Part shown: piece after piece, positions 9,967 through 18,622 of the stretch
Numbering within the stretch: the first letter of the stretch is position 1
How the letters are laid out: each line of letters begins with the position of its first letter
DNA from: Bacteroidota bacterium
Lineage (GTDB): Bacteria > Bacteroidota > Bacteroidia > Flavobacteriales_D > Sanyastnellaceae
DNA: 64,000 nucleotides
Assembly (NCBI GenBank): GCA_027622975.1
Contig: JAQBVN010000001.1
Location: 35,955-99,954, forward strand
Direction: 5' to 3'
The notes under the pieces: generated by a model
Told to the model about the DNA's origin: nothing
The model's input: the letters and a program-made list of their open reading frames with translations, nothing else
Databases searched by the model: none
Made by a program: the position numbers and the translations under genes

Positions 9967-9998
9967 CAAAATTGGAACAAGACACCGTATAATCCAAA
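9967..9998 (-). promoter_or_regulatory. Bacteroidota-type promoter for the Cys leader: TTTG(-33)-N20-CAATTTTG(-7)-CAAC-ATG
   Basis: TTTG at 9998..9995 and CAATTTTG at 9974..9967, spaced 20 nt apart. This matches the TTTG-N19-21-TAnnTTTG consensus apart from the first base of the -7 box. Confidence 0.5.
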
Positions 9999-10027
9999 CG
10001 AAACACCAAAAAAGTTCGACAAAAATT

Positions 10028-11347
10028 TTATCTCAGCACGGAAAACCGCTCGGCATCAAGTCGGAGCAGGATGCCAAACAACAATGTGAATCCCATGAGT
10101 GATGAGCCTCCATAACTGAAAAACGGCAGGGGAATGCCAATCACTGGTGCCAGTCCAAGAACCATCCCGATGTTGACCATGAAATGCATGAACATGATGC
10201 TCGCAACAGCATAGGCGTAGATCCTTGTGAATTGGGAACGTTGTCGTTCAGCGAGAACCAAGACCCGCAGAATCAAAAGCACAAACAGACCCACCACGAG
10301 TGCACTCCCAAGGAATCCCCACTCTTCGCCCACCGTGCAGAAAATGAAGTCCGTTTCCTGCTCTGGCACAAATCCATAGGCAGTCATGGGGCCTGAGGCC
10401 CAGCCTTTGCCCACCAGCCCACCGGACCCAATGGCCGCTTTGGCGTGGCGAATGTTGTAGTCGGCGTCTGGATTGTCCACGTCAATACCCAACAACACGT
10501 GGATGCGCTCCCGTTGATGGCGTTGAAGCACCTGCTCCATGCCCCAGTGGATACCTGCCGAAAAGGCCAGACCACCGACCAAAAGGGCTGTTCCCCATCG
10601 CCGAATCCGTTTTCGATTCCGCGGCAGGGTTGCCTCGTGAACCAACCACAAGACCAAGGTTCCTAGGCTGGCAAAGGCCATCAAAAACCACCAATACCCT
10701 GAAGCCTCACCAAGCCAAGGATAGTCACTTGTTCCAGCCCCAATCAACACTGTCAGCACGCCCACTACAAGCAATCCCACACCCACCAGCAACACGTTGC
10801 CGCTGAGGCCTTCTCGGTACAGGACAAACACAAATCCGCCAAAGACCAAAACCGTCCCGGCGTCTGGTTGAAGCAGAATCAATCCCGCGGGAAGACCCAA
10901 GATGATGAGTGATTGCAGCCGGGTGGCCAACGTGTGCCATGGCCTGCCATCCCTGCTCAAAAACCATGAAATCATAAGCGCCGTGGCGGTTTTGGCAAAT
11001 TCACTCGGTTGAATTCCGAAGCTGCCAACGCCAAACCACGATCGGGCGCCTCCCACCTTTTTGCCGACCACCAACACGGCCATCAGCAAGAGGAGAACCA
11101 ATACGTAGTGAATGACCGAGGTGCGGATGAAGAATTCTCCTTCAACGGCCAGCAAGCCCACGAGCAAAACGGCGCAAACGGCCATCCAAATCAATTGCTT
11201 TCCCGCCTTGCCAGTCAGGTCCCAAACCACCTCGGCTTCTGCAGTGGCGCTGACCACGTTCAACCATCCCAACATCACCAAGAGCAGGACCAATCCCAGG
11301 GTGGTCCAATCGAGCTGGGCAGTGAGTCGAAGGTTTCGTGCGCTCAT
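10028..11347 (-). CDS. rodA: rod shape-determining SEDS protein RodA
   Basis: FtsW/RodA/SpoVE family polytopic membrane protein directly downstream of mrdA. C-terminal GIPLPFFSYGGSS motif. Confidence 0.9.
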   Translation of the reverse strand: MSARNLRLTAQLDWTTLGLVLLLVMLGWLNVVSATAEAEVVWDLTGKAGKQLIWMAVCAVLLVGLLAVEGEFFIRTSVIHYVLVLLLLMAVLVVGKKVGGARSWFGVGSFGIQPSEFAKTATALMISWFLSRDGRPWHTLATRLQSLIILGLPAGLILLQPDAGTVLVFGGFVFVLYREGLSGNVLLVGVGLLVVGVLTVLIGAGTSDYPWLGEASGYWWFLMAFASLGTLVLWLVHEATLPRNRKRIRRWGTALLVGGLAFSAGIHWGMEQVLQRHQRERIHVLLGIDVDNPDADYNIRHAKAAIGSGGLVGKGWASGPMTAYGFVPEQETDFIFCTVGEEWGFLGSALVVGLFVLLILRVLVLAERQRSQFTRIYAYAVASIMFMHFMVNIGMVLGLAPVIGIPLPFFSYGGSSLMGFTLLFGILLRLDAERFSVLR

Positions 11348-13179
11348 GGGAGCTGGGCAAATTGTGGGTCCAAGGGATACGTTGCGCCTAAGATTCGACG
11401 TTCCCTCATCTCTTGACTCACCGTTCCTGTGAGGTAACGTTCAATCAGAAGGCTGGCGATGGGTGCGGCCCATTCACCTCCAGCCCCGGCATTTTCGACG
11501 TAGACGCACAAGGCAATCTGTGGATTGTCTCTGGGCGCAAACGCCATGAACACACTGTGGTCGGCACGGGAGCCATCTTGCACGGTTCCGGTCTTTCCAC
11601 AATAGGCAATCCCGGCCAATTTGGCGCGTCGACCCGTTCCCGTGGGGTCGTCGATGACCGCCTGCATGGCATCTTGAATCGGTTCGAAGTGTTCAGGAGA
11701 AATTCCCACTTCCCTGCGTTGACCCAGCCCCTCTGGCTTGCCCCTTCCTCCAACGTCCCGCACGAGGTGCGGTTCAATGTACCATCCGCGGTTCGCAACG
11801 ATGGCAGCCAAGTTGGCCATGTGGAGAGGTGTTGTGAGCAATTCACCTTCTCCGATGCTGATGGAGTATATCGTTCGAAAGGTCCAATGCCTTCGTCCGT
11901 AGATGTTGTCGTAGTACGATGAATCGGGAACCAAACCCGAGCGAGTGCCCGGAAGATTCCCCCCGAGATCCGTTCCAAAGCCAAAACGTTTGATGCGATC
12001 CGTCCACCACCCCATGCCCAACCGCGCATTGTCGAATTTGTCCTGCTCGTCATGCTGGCTGAGCATGCGCCGCATCACCTCATAGAAATAGGGGTTGCAG
12101 CTGTGGACCACAGCATGTTTCAGGTCGTCGGACGTGTGGGCACCATGGCAGCCAATGATGTCCCGGTTGCACACAATGGTGGTGCGAGGCGAGATGATGC
12201 CGGCTTCGAGCGCCACGAGTCCTTGAACCATCTTGAAAATGGAGCCCGGCCTGTACGTGCCTCGCACTGCCCTGTTGTACAGGGGCTTCCAAGGGTGACT
12301 GGCCAAGCTGTCATAGGCTTGTCCCCTGCCTGTTCCCGTCAACAGGTTGCCATTGTATGAGGGCGCAGACACAAAGGCCAAAACTTCCCCAGTGCTCGGT
12401 TCAAGGGCGACCACCGCACCTCGTTTCCCTTCGAGAAGGGCCTCGGCATAGGCCTGCAACTGCGCGTCCAATGTCAACGTGAGATCGGACCCCGGAACGG
12501 GCATCGAATCCAATTCCGTCAGGGTGTTTCGAACGTTGTTCCGGACGTCCACCAGGTGGTGACGTACCCCGGGCGTGCCGCGCAATTGATGTTCAAATCG
12601 GGCTTCAAGACCGGATTTCCCGAGGTAGTCTCCGAGTTGGTATCGGTCGTCCCGGTTCAAATCCTCACGGTCAGCCTCGCGGTACTCTCCAATGATTTGG
12701 CTGGCCAGCCCTTGGACGTTTTGACGCACAGATCGTGTTCGGATCGACAGCCCTGGATACTTCCAAAGCTCGAGAGAGAGCTGGGCATATTCGCGGGAAC
12801 TCAGCTGGCGAACCAGCGGTGAAGCCTTGTAGCGAGAATATCTGCTGGCCTTGTTCAGTCGCGTCACGAGTTCATCGGGATCCAAATTCAGAATACCAGC
12901 CAGCGATGTGGTGTCAACTTCTCCCAACAGCCGCGGAACAACCATCAAATCGTAACTCGGTGCATTCGTGACCATGAGTTCTCCATGACGGTCCAAACAA
13001 AGCCCTCGGGCTGGCTGGAGCGTCTCTTGTTCTTCGGTGAGCCTTTCAGCCTTGTTTTTCCAATGGCTGGTTGTGACTTGCATGGCAAAAAGCCGAAGAA
13101 TGAAAATCAAACCGACACCCAGGACCATGGCTCCCAGGATTTTCTGTCTGCCCTCAAGGTCTCGCGATTTCAACTCCAT
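11344..13179 (-). CDS. mrdA: penicillin-binding protein 2 (elongasome transpeptidase)
   Basis: Transpeptidase motifs (SIFK, SCN) and mre-operon context. Start set to ATG 13179 (MELKSRDLEGRQ, then a TM helix); the track start 13386 runs through mreD. Confidence 0.9.
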   Translation of the reverse strand: MELKSRDLEGRQKILGAMVLGVGLIFILRLFAMQVTTSHWKNKAERLTEEQETLQPARGLCLDRHGELMVTNAPSYDLMVVPRLLGEVDTTSLAGILNLDPDELVTRLNKASRYSRYKASPLVRQLSSREYAQLSLELWKYPGLSIRTRSVRQNVQGLASQIIGEYREADREDLNRDDRYQLGDYLGKSGLEARFEHQLRGTPGVRHHLVDVRNNVRNTLTELDSMPVPGSDLTLTLDAQLQAYAEALLEGKRGAVVALEPSTGEVLAFVSAPSYNGNLLTGTGRGQAYDSLASHPWKPLYNRAVRGTYRPGSIFKMVQGLVALEAGIISPRTTIVCNRDIIGCHGAHTSDDLKHAVVHSCNPYFYEVMRRMLSQHDEQDKFDNARLGMGWWTDRIKRFGFGTDLGGNLPGTRSGLVPDSSYYDNIYGRRHWTFRTIYSISIGEGELLTTPLHMANLAAIVANRGWYIEPHLVRDVGGRGKPEGLGQRREVGISPEHFEPIQDAMQAVIDDPTGTGRRAKLAGIAYCGKTGTVQDGSRADHSVFMAFAPRDNPQIALCVYVENAGAGGEWAAPIASLLIERYLTGTVSQEMRERRILGATYPLDPQFAQLP

Positions 13180-13715
13180 GGGTAGGCATTGGGGCCGTTT
13201 CCTTTGTGGCGGTTGGGACGATTCACCAAGCCCTGAAGGAGCATGAACACCACGAGATTCAGGGAAACAGAGGCGAGTGTGTGGAACAAGGTGCGGCCCA
13301 TCAAGGTCCAACCGTGTTGGAGGCCAAACAGCACAACCAAGTACAATGTGGTTGAGGACCCCGCCAACATGAGGTAGGACATCCATCCGTCTTCATGAGG
13401 ATTGATGGCATGTCCGGGTCGAAATCCGTCACGTGGTTCCACCGCCGCCATGAGTGCGGGATAGGCCATGCCAAGGGTTGCAGCCGCTGCCAAGTGCATG
13501 CCGCCCGTCAGGCAAAAAAGGTCCAAGCTTGCGCCCATGAATCCAGCCACGAGCAAGTACGTCGTGGGAGGCCAACCGGAAGGCATGTTCATCAATCCGT
13601 ACAGGTGAACCACAAAAATTCCGGCACCGCCCCACAACACCCCGTGTCGGAACAGCAAGACTTGGAGGATCCAAGCCCAAAACAGCTGCCAGATGTAGGG
13701 GGCCAAAGCGTTCAT
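13170..13715 (-). CDS. mreD: rod shape-determining protein MreD
   Basis: Small polytopic membrane protein between mreC and mrdA. ATG 13715 overlaps the mreC stop (ATGA). Confidence 0.78.
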   Translation of the reverse strand: MNALAPYIWQLFWAWILQVLLFRHGVLWGGAGIFVVHLYGLMNMPSGWPPTTYLLVAGFMGASLDLFCLTGGMHLAAAATLGMAYPALMAAVEPRDGFRPGHAINPHEDGWMSYLMLAGSSTTLYLVVLFGLQHGWTLMGRTLFHTLASVSLNLVVFMLLQGLVNRPNRHKGNGPNAYPWS

Positions 13716-14515
13716 GGTGTGGTCGAAGGTGAGGCTTGAAGTATGAGGCTGTCGATGCGGTCTTTTCTCGGATTGGACAGGCACAATGCGTGTCGAGACG
13801 AGGGGTAGTTGGCGCCAAGCTCAATGTGGACGGTTTGGAACTCGTCGGCTTCATTTCCTGTGACATCAATCACAAGCCCGACAGGAACGTCCGCTGGAAA
13901 CACACCGTCAAACCCTGTGGTCAGAACCGAATCCCCTGGAAGCACCAAATGGGCCCAGGGGATGTCCAGGACACGGGCACGTCGGACATCATCACTTTCA
14001 TGGACCAAACGACCGGCAGGTCCCAACGACCCCACGCGTACGCTCCATTGTGCACCAGGATGTGTCAAGGTGAGCACCATGGCTTCATGGGCAGTTGTGT
14101 CCACCACCTTGCCTGCGGCGTGTCCCATCGAAAGCACGGCCGTTCCGGGGGAAATGCCATCTCTGCCTCCGCGGTCAAGCACCATCCAAGGGCTTTGGTT
14201 CCAGCCTGGACTCCTCAGAATCCCCGTTTCTCTCACAGACCATCGATCTCTTTGCTGCGATTTGAGGGATTCTACTTCAGCACGCAATCGCGCATTTTCA
14301 AGCATCACCTGTCGGTTGGACTCTGACAGAGAGGACCATTCTGAGAGCTGACTTCCCGCGTCGATCCAGGTCCCTGCCATGCGAATCGACCATTGAGACA
14401 GGGCTGTTCGTTGGTGGCCGTAGGTTGTAGACATCCACGCCAAGGAGAGTCCCCACATGAGCAGGAAGAGCATCCAGCGATGCACACGTGCGAGAAGGGC
14501 AACGAGGTTTCGCAC
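13712..14515 (-). CDS. mreC: rod shape-determining protein MreC
   Basis: N-terminal TM helix, coiled-coil (NARLRAEVESLK) and beta-barrel domains. Follows mreB. Confidence 0.9.
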   Translation of the reverse strand: MRNLVALLARVHRWMLFLLMWGLSLAWMSTTYGHQRTALSQWSIRMAGTWIDAGSQLSEWSSLSESNRQVMLENARLRAEVESLKSQQRDRWSVRETGILRSPGWNQSPWMVLDRGGRDGISPGTAVLSMGHAAGKVVDTTAHEAMVLTLTHPGAQWSVRVGSLGPAGRLVHESDDVRRARVLDIPWAHLVLPGDSVLTTGFDGVFPADVPVGLVIDVTGNEADEFQTVHIELGANYPSSRHALCLSNPRKDRIDSLILQASPSTTP

Positions 14516-14525
14516 GGCCCAACAA

Positions 14526-15551
14526 TCAGTTTCGCATCAAGAACGGGAACCGGTGAATGTTCTTCAGGGCGATTGCCGTCCCTTTGGCCACGGCATGAAG
14601 CGGATCGTCGGCCACGTGCACGGGGAGTTTGGTCTTTTGCTGGATGCGCTTGTCCAAACCGCGCAACAAAGCACCTCCGCCGGCCAGATAAATCCCCGTC
14701 TTGAAGATGTCCGCAGACAATTCAGGGGGGGTGTTTTCCAACGCACTGTGGATGCTTTCTTCGATTTTGCTGATGCTCTTGTCCAGGGCGCTGGCAATTT
14801 CTGAGTACGTGACCACAATTTCTTTGGGAATGCCCGTCATCAAATCTCTGCCGTGCACGGCGTAGTCCTCGGGTGGGTTGTCCAATTCGGGCAAGGCAGA
14901 GCCCACGGCAATTTTGATTTGTTCAGCGGTGCGTTCACCAATCAAAATGTTATGCTGACGCCTCATGTATTCCTCGATGTCATGAGTGAACTCGTCTCCG
15001 GCCACGCGAATGTTGGTGTCTGTGACGATGCCTCCCAACGCAATAACCGCAATTTCAGAGGTTCCGCCACCGATGTCGACAATCATGTTTCCCATGGGTT
15101 CTTCGACGTCAATCCCGATGCCGATGGCTGCTGCCATTGGCTCGTGGATGAGGTACACCTCTTTCCCTCCGGCATGCTCCGCGCTGTCCTTGACAGCTCG
15201 TTTCTCCACGTCTGTGATTCCCGAGGGAATGCAAATGACCATGCGCAGAGAGGGGTTGAACCAGGACTTGCGTCCCGAGATGAGCTTAATCATGCCCTTG
15301 ATCATCTGCTCTGCCGATTCAAAATCAGCAATCACACCGTCCTTCAGGGGGCGAATGGTCTCGATGTTTTTGTGGGTTTTGCCGTGCATTTGCTGGGCCA
15401 GACGGCCAATCGCCACCACGTTGCCCGTCATTCTGTCTTTGGCCACGATGGAAGGCTCGTCCACCACCACCTTGTCTTGATAGTAAATGATGGTGTTTGC
15501 CGTGCCTAAATCCATGGCAATCTCCTGCGTGAAAAAGTCGAACAATCCCAT
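14526..15551 (-). CDS. mreB: actin-like rod shape-determining protein MreB
   Basis: MDLGTANT..., DIGGGTSEIA and LAGGGALLRGLD actin-fold ATPase motifs. Confidence 0.97.
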   Translation of the reverse strand: MGLFDFFTQEIAMDLGTANTIIYYQDKVVVDEPSIVAKDRMTGNVVAIGRLAQQMHGKTHKNIETIRPLKDGVIADFESAEQMIKGMIKLISGRKSWFNPSLRMVICIPSGITDVEKRAVKDSAEHAGGKEVYLIHEPMAAAIGIGIDVEEPMGNMIVDIGGGTSEIAVIALGGIVTDTNIRVAGDEFTHDIEEYMRRQHNILIGERTAEQIKIAVGSALPELDNPPEDYAVHGRDLMTGIPKEIVVTYSEIASALDKSISKIEESIHSALENTPPELSADIFKTGIYLAGGGALLRGLDKRIQQKTKLPVHVADDPLHAVAKGTAIALKNIHRFPFLMRN

Positions 15552-15555
15552 ACCC

Positions 15556-15563
15556 TAAAGGTA
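15556..15563 (-). promoter_or_regulatory. -7 box TACCTTTA, 4 nt upstream of the mreB ATG
   Basis: The plus strand reads TAAAGGTA; position is relative to the ATG at 15551. Confidence 0.4.
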
Positions 15564-15719
15564 GCGGGCCGCCCCCTACACATCGCGTCAATTCAGGCGA
15601 TTGTGGGTGAATGGTTGAAAAGTTTCAGTTTCCCCACTTTCCGGTCGTCAAGGTACCCATCGTTCGCCAACAGAACCCAACAACACGTCAACTCAGAGGG
15701 CGTTCACACGCGGTGCAGG

Positions 15720-17258
15720 TCAATGCCTGAAATGTCTGACTCCGGTGGTGTACATGGCCAAACCTCGTTGGTTACACGCCTCAATGCTCTTGGCATCGTT
15801 GATGGAACCTCCGGGTTGAATGACGGCCACCACACCCGCGTCAGCGGCCAACTCCACACAATCGGGGAAGGGGAAAAAGGCGTCGGATGCCATGCTCGAA
15901 CCACGCAGGTCAAACCCAAAGGCACGCGCTTTGTCGACAGCTTGTTTCAACGCATCCACGCGGGAGGTCTGACCCGTTCCACTCGCGAGGAGTTGTCCAT
16001 GTTTGGCAAACACCACGGTGTTGGACTTGGTATGCTTGACAAGTTTCAATGCGAAGGTCAAATCCGAGGCGCATTCTGGTCGAGAAACTTCGGTTGTGCA
16101 AGACCACGATTTGGGGTCTTCCATGGCCATGTCGCGTTCCTGAACCAAATATCCATTCAGGGCGGATCGAACCGTTGCTGCTGGCAATGCGCCGGGTTGA
16201 CGCTCAAGCAAGATGCGGTTCTTCTTTTGGGAAAGCACCTCCAACGCGTCGGCTTCAAAACCTGGAGCAATGACCACTTCACAGAACAATTCGTGGACGA
16301 GCTTGGCCGTTTCTGAATCCATGCGACGGTTGGCGATGAGGACCCCTCCGAAGGCGCTGGTGGGGTCGCCCGCCAACGCGTCCGTGTAGGCTTGCGCCAA
16401 GGTCGGACGCGTGGCACACCCACAGGCGTTGTTGTGCTTCAAGATGGCAAACGTCGGCTCGTCATCCACAAACTCCTCCATCAATTGAACGGCGGCATCC
16501 ACGTCGAGGAGGTTGTTGTAGGACAAGGCCTTGCCGTGGAGAGGTTTGAGCAAGCCATCGAGGTTGCCGAAATAGTGGCCCGCCTGGTGCGGATTTTCTC
16601 CGTAGCGCAAGGCGCGGCTTTCGGGAACACTGAGATTCAAGGTGGATACGTCGCCACGGTCCAAACTCTCCCCGCTCAAATGGGCGTGAATCATGGTGTC
16701 GTAGTGTGAGCTCACCCGGAATCCTCGAGCGGCCAATGATTTGCGCTCTTCAAGGCTGGTGACCCCATCGCGTCGGAGGATGTCCAGCAACGTTCCGTAG
16801 TCTTCCATGGAGGGCACGATGACCACGTCGTTGAAATTCTTGGCTGCTCCTCGAATCAGGGCGATGCCCCCAATGTCAATCTTCTCTACGATGTCTTCTT
16901 CAGACGCCCCGCTCGCCACTGTGGCCTCAAAGGGATAAAGATCCACCACCACGAGGTCAATCGATGGCAGGTCAAATTCCACCAGCTGCGCTTGGTCTCC
17001 TTCATGGGACCGACGATTCAAGATGCCACCAAACACTTTGGGATGGAGGGTTTTGACGCGTCCACCGAGGATGGAAGGATAGTCTGTGATGGATTCCACG
17101 GGAACCACCTCGGCACCCATTTCCTCCAAGGCTGTTTGGGTCCCTCCGGTTGAATACAGGGTCACTCCCAAGCGCTTCAATTCGTCAACGATGGGCTCAA
17201 GGCCATCTTTGTGAAATACGGAAATGAGGGCGGATTTGATTTGGCGAGAATCAGACAT
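15720..17258 (-). CDS. purH: bifunctional AICAR transformylase / IMP cyclohydrolase
   Basis: 512 aa, full-length PurH (ALISVFHKDGL..., C-terminal GVRHFRH). Confidence 0.97.
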   Translation of the reverse strand: MSDSRQIKSALISVFHKDGLEPIVDELKRLGVTLYSTGGTQTALEEMGAEVVPVESITDYPSILGGRVKTLHPKVFGGILNRRSHEGDQAQLVEFDLPSIDLVVVDLYPFEATVASGASEEDIVEKIDIGGIALIRGAAKNFNDVVIVPSMEDYGTLLDILRRDGVTSLEERKSLAARGFRVSSHYDTMIHAHLSGESLDRGDVSTLNLSVPESRALRYGENPHQAGHYFGNLDGLLKPLHGKALSYNNLLDVDAAVQLMEEFVDDEPTFAILKHNNACGCATRPTLAQAYTDALAGDPTSAFGGVLIANRRMDSETAKLVHELFCEVVIAPGFEADALEVLSQKKNRILLERQPGALPAATVRSALNGYLVQERDMAMEDPKSWSCTTEVSRPECASDLTFALKLVKHTKSNTVVFAKHGQLLASGTGQTSRVDALKQAVDKARAFGFDLRGSSMASDAFFPFPDCVELAADAGVVAVIQPGGSINDAKSIEACNQRGLAMYTTGVRHFRH

Positions 17259-17290
17259 GGCAATGACGAGGAGGGGTTTTTAAGAAGCCG

Positions 17291-17298
17291 CAAAGCTA
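17291..17298 (-). promoter_or_regulatory. -7 box TAGCTTTG upstream of purH (32 nt from the ATG)
   Basis: Perfect TAnnTTTG on the minus strand, in the purH / permease divergent spacer. Confidence 0.45.
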
Positions 17299-17331
17299 CA
17301 ACGCCCTATCCGGAGTAGGCCTGTTGCGCAG

Positions 17332-17339
17332 TAGCTTCG
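17332..17339 (+). promoter_or_regulatory. -7 box TAGCTTCG, 4 nt upstream of the ATG at 17344
   Basis: TAGCTTCG-TTCC-ATG. Confidence 0.4.
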
Positions 17340-17343
17340 TTCC

Positions 17344-18588
17344 ATGCTTTGGCTCCGCTTGCTACGAGAGAGTTTGTCGTTTGCTTGGCAAGCGATTTGG
17401 ACCAACCGCCTTCGCACGTTGCTGAGCCTGCTCGGTGTGATGGTGGGCATTTTTGTCATCAGCGCAGTCTTTACGGTGGTTGATTCCTTGGAATCGGAGC
17501 TCAGAGACACATTCAACATGTTGGACGATGATGTGTTGTTTGTCACCAAGTGGCCCTGGGCTTCTGGAGGGGATTACCCTTGGTGGAAATACGTGCAGCG
17601 GAGACCTCCCTCAGAGCGGGACATGGAACTGCTGGTGCCTCGGTTGAGTTTGGCCTCAGCCGCGATGTTCCAAACCAAGGCCTTCCTCGACGCTGAAGCT
17701 GGCAACAACAGGATGTCGGGCGTGGTTGTGGGTGGTGGTTCGCATCAATACGACCAAGTCATCAGCCTGAACATCGAACACGGCCGGTATTTCACGCCCT
17801 CGGAAAGTGCGGGTGGAAGCCCAGTGGCCATTGTTGGATATGAGATTGCCAACCAGTTGTTTGGGAAACACGATGCGGTGGGTGAGACCTTCAAAATTCG
17901 CGGAGTGCGTATCGAGATCATCGGTGTCTTGGCCCAAGAAGGCGAAAGTCTGGTTTCAACGGGCTTGGATGAATTTGCGTTGGTCCCTTCAGCATTCGCA
18001 CCGCGCCTTTACGACATTCGAAACGGCGACGATGCCCAGATAGCCATCAAGGCTCGACCAGGAGTCGAGTTGGCCGCCTTGGAGGATGAGATCATTCAGC
18101 AGCTCCGGGCAGTTCGTCGCGTGAGGCCAGGGCAAGAAGATGACTTTTCCATCAACCGCATGGAAATGCTGACGAGCATCCTTGATTCGATTTTTTCGAG
18201 CTTGGCCATGGGAGGATGGTTCATTGCCATTTTCGCCATTCTTGTGGGCTGTTTTAGCATTGCCAACATCATGTTTGTCTCCGTGCGGGAACGCACAAAA
18301 ATCATCGGAGTTCAAAAGGCCATTGGGGCCAAGAACTTGTTCATCCTCATCCAATTCTTGTTTGAGGCCGTGACGTTGTGCGTCTTTGGAGCGCTCATGG
18401 CGTTGGTGGCCATCCAACTCCTCGTGTGGATTGTCAACGCCGTGGATGTGGGGTTAACCCTCCAGATTCAACCTGCCCGGGTGTTGTTGGCTTTGGGTGT
18501 GGCCGTGACCTCGGGGTTGATTGCAGGCATCGCCCCGGCCCGTCAAGCCTCTCGCATGCCTCCCGTGGAGGCCATGCGAGCCCACTAA
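17344..18588 (+). CDS. ABC transporter permease, MacB/FtsX-like
   Basis: N-terminal TM helix, large periplasmic MacB_PCD-like domain, and a C-terminal FtsX 3-helix domain. Confidence 0.85.
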   Translation: MLWLRLLRESLSFAWQAIWTNRLRTLLSLLGVMVGIFVISAVFTVVDSLESELRDTFNMLDDDVLFVTKWPWASGGDYPWWKYVQRRPPSERDMELLVPRLSLASAAMFQTKAFLDAEAGNNRMSGVVVGGGSHQYDQVISLNIEHGRYFTPSESAGGSPVAIVGYEIANQLFGKHDAVGETFKIRGVRIEIIGVLAQEGESLVSTGLDEFALVPSAFAPRLYDIRNGDDAQIAIKARPGVELAALEDEIIQQLRAVRRVRPGQEDDFSINRMEMLTSILDSIFSSLAMGGWFIAIFAILVGCFSIANIMFVSVRERTKIIGVQKAIGAKNLFILIQFLFEAVTLCVFGALMALVAIQLLVWIVNAVDVGLTLQIQPARVLLALGVAVTSGLIAGIAPARQASRMPPVEAMRAH

Positions 18589-18622
18589 GGCTGAATCGGC
18601 ATCGACCCGTTTCCTGGGTGCA

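Noticed and set aside
9877-10102. Plus-strand ORFs encoding a poly-Gln run (…RQQQQQQHMF…).
   Set aside because: The CAG run is simply the reverse complement of the TGC/TGT Cys-codon run. The minus-strand reading has a promoter, start, stop and terminator in register with the cysM operon; the plus-strand ORFs have none and run antisense into rodA.
13180-13386. Long N-terminal extensions offered by the ORF track. Examples are mrdA from 13386, radical SAM from 43992, cvpA from 23151, lptB from 56911, accC from 49023 and the CPBP protease gene from 30593.
   Set aside because: The extensions overlap neighbouring genes or their antisense strands and lack family-typical N-termini. Internal ATGs give canonical N-termini and in several cases are preceded by a -7 box.
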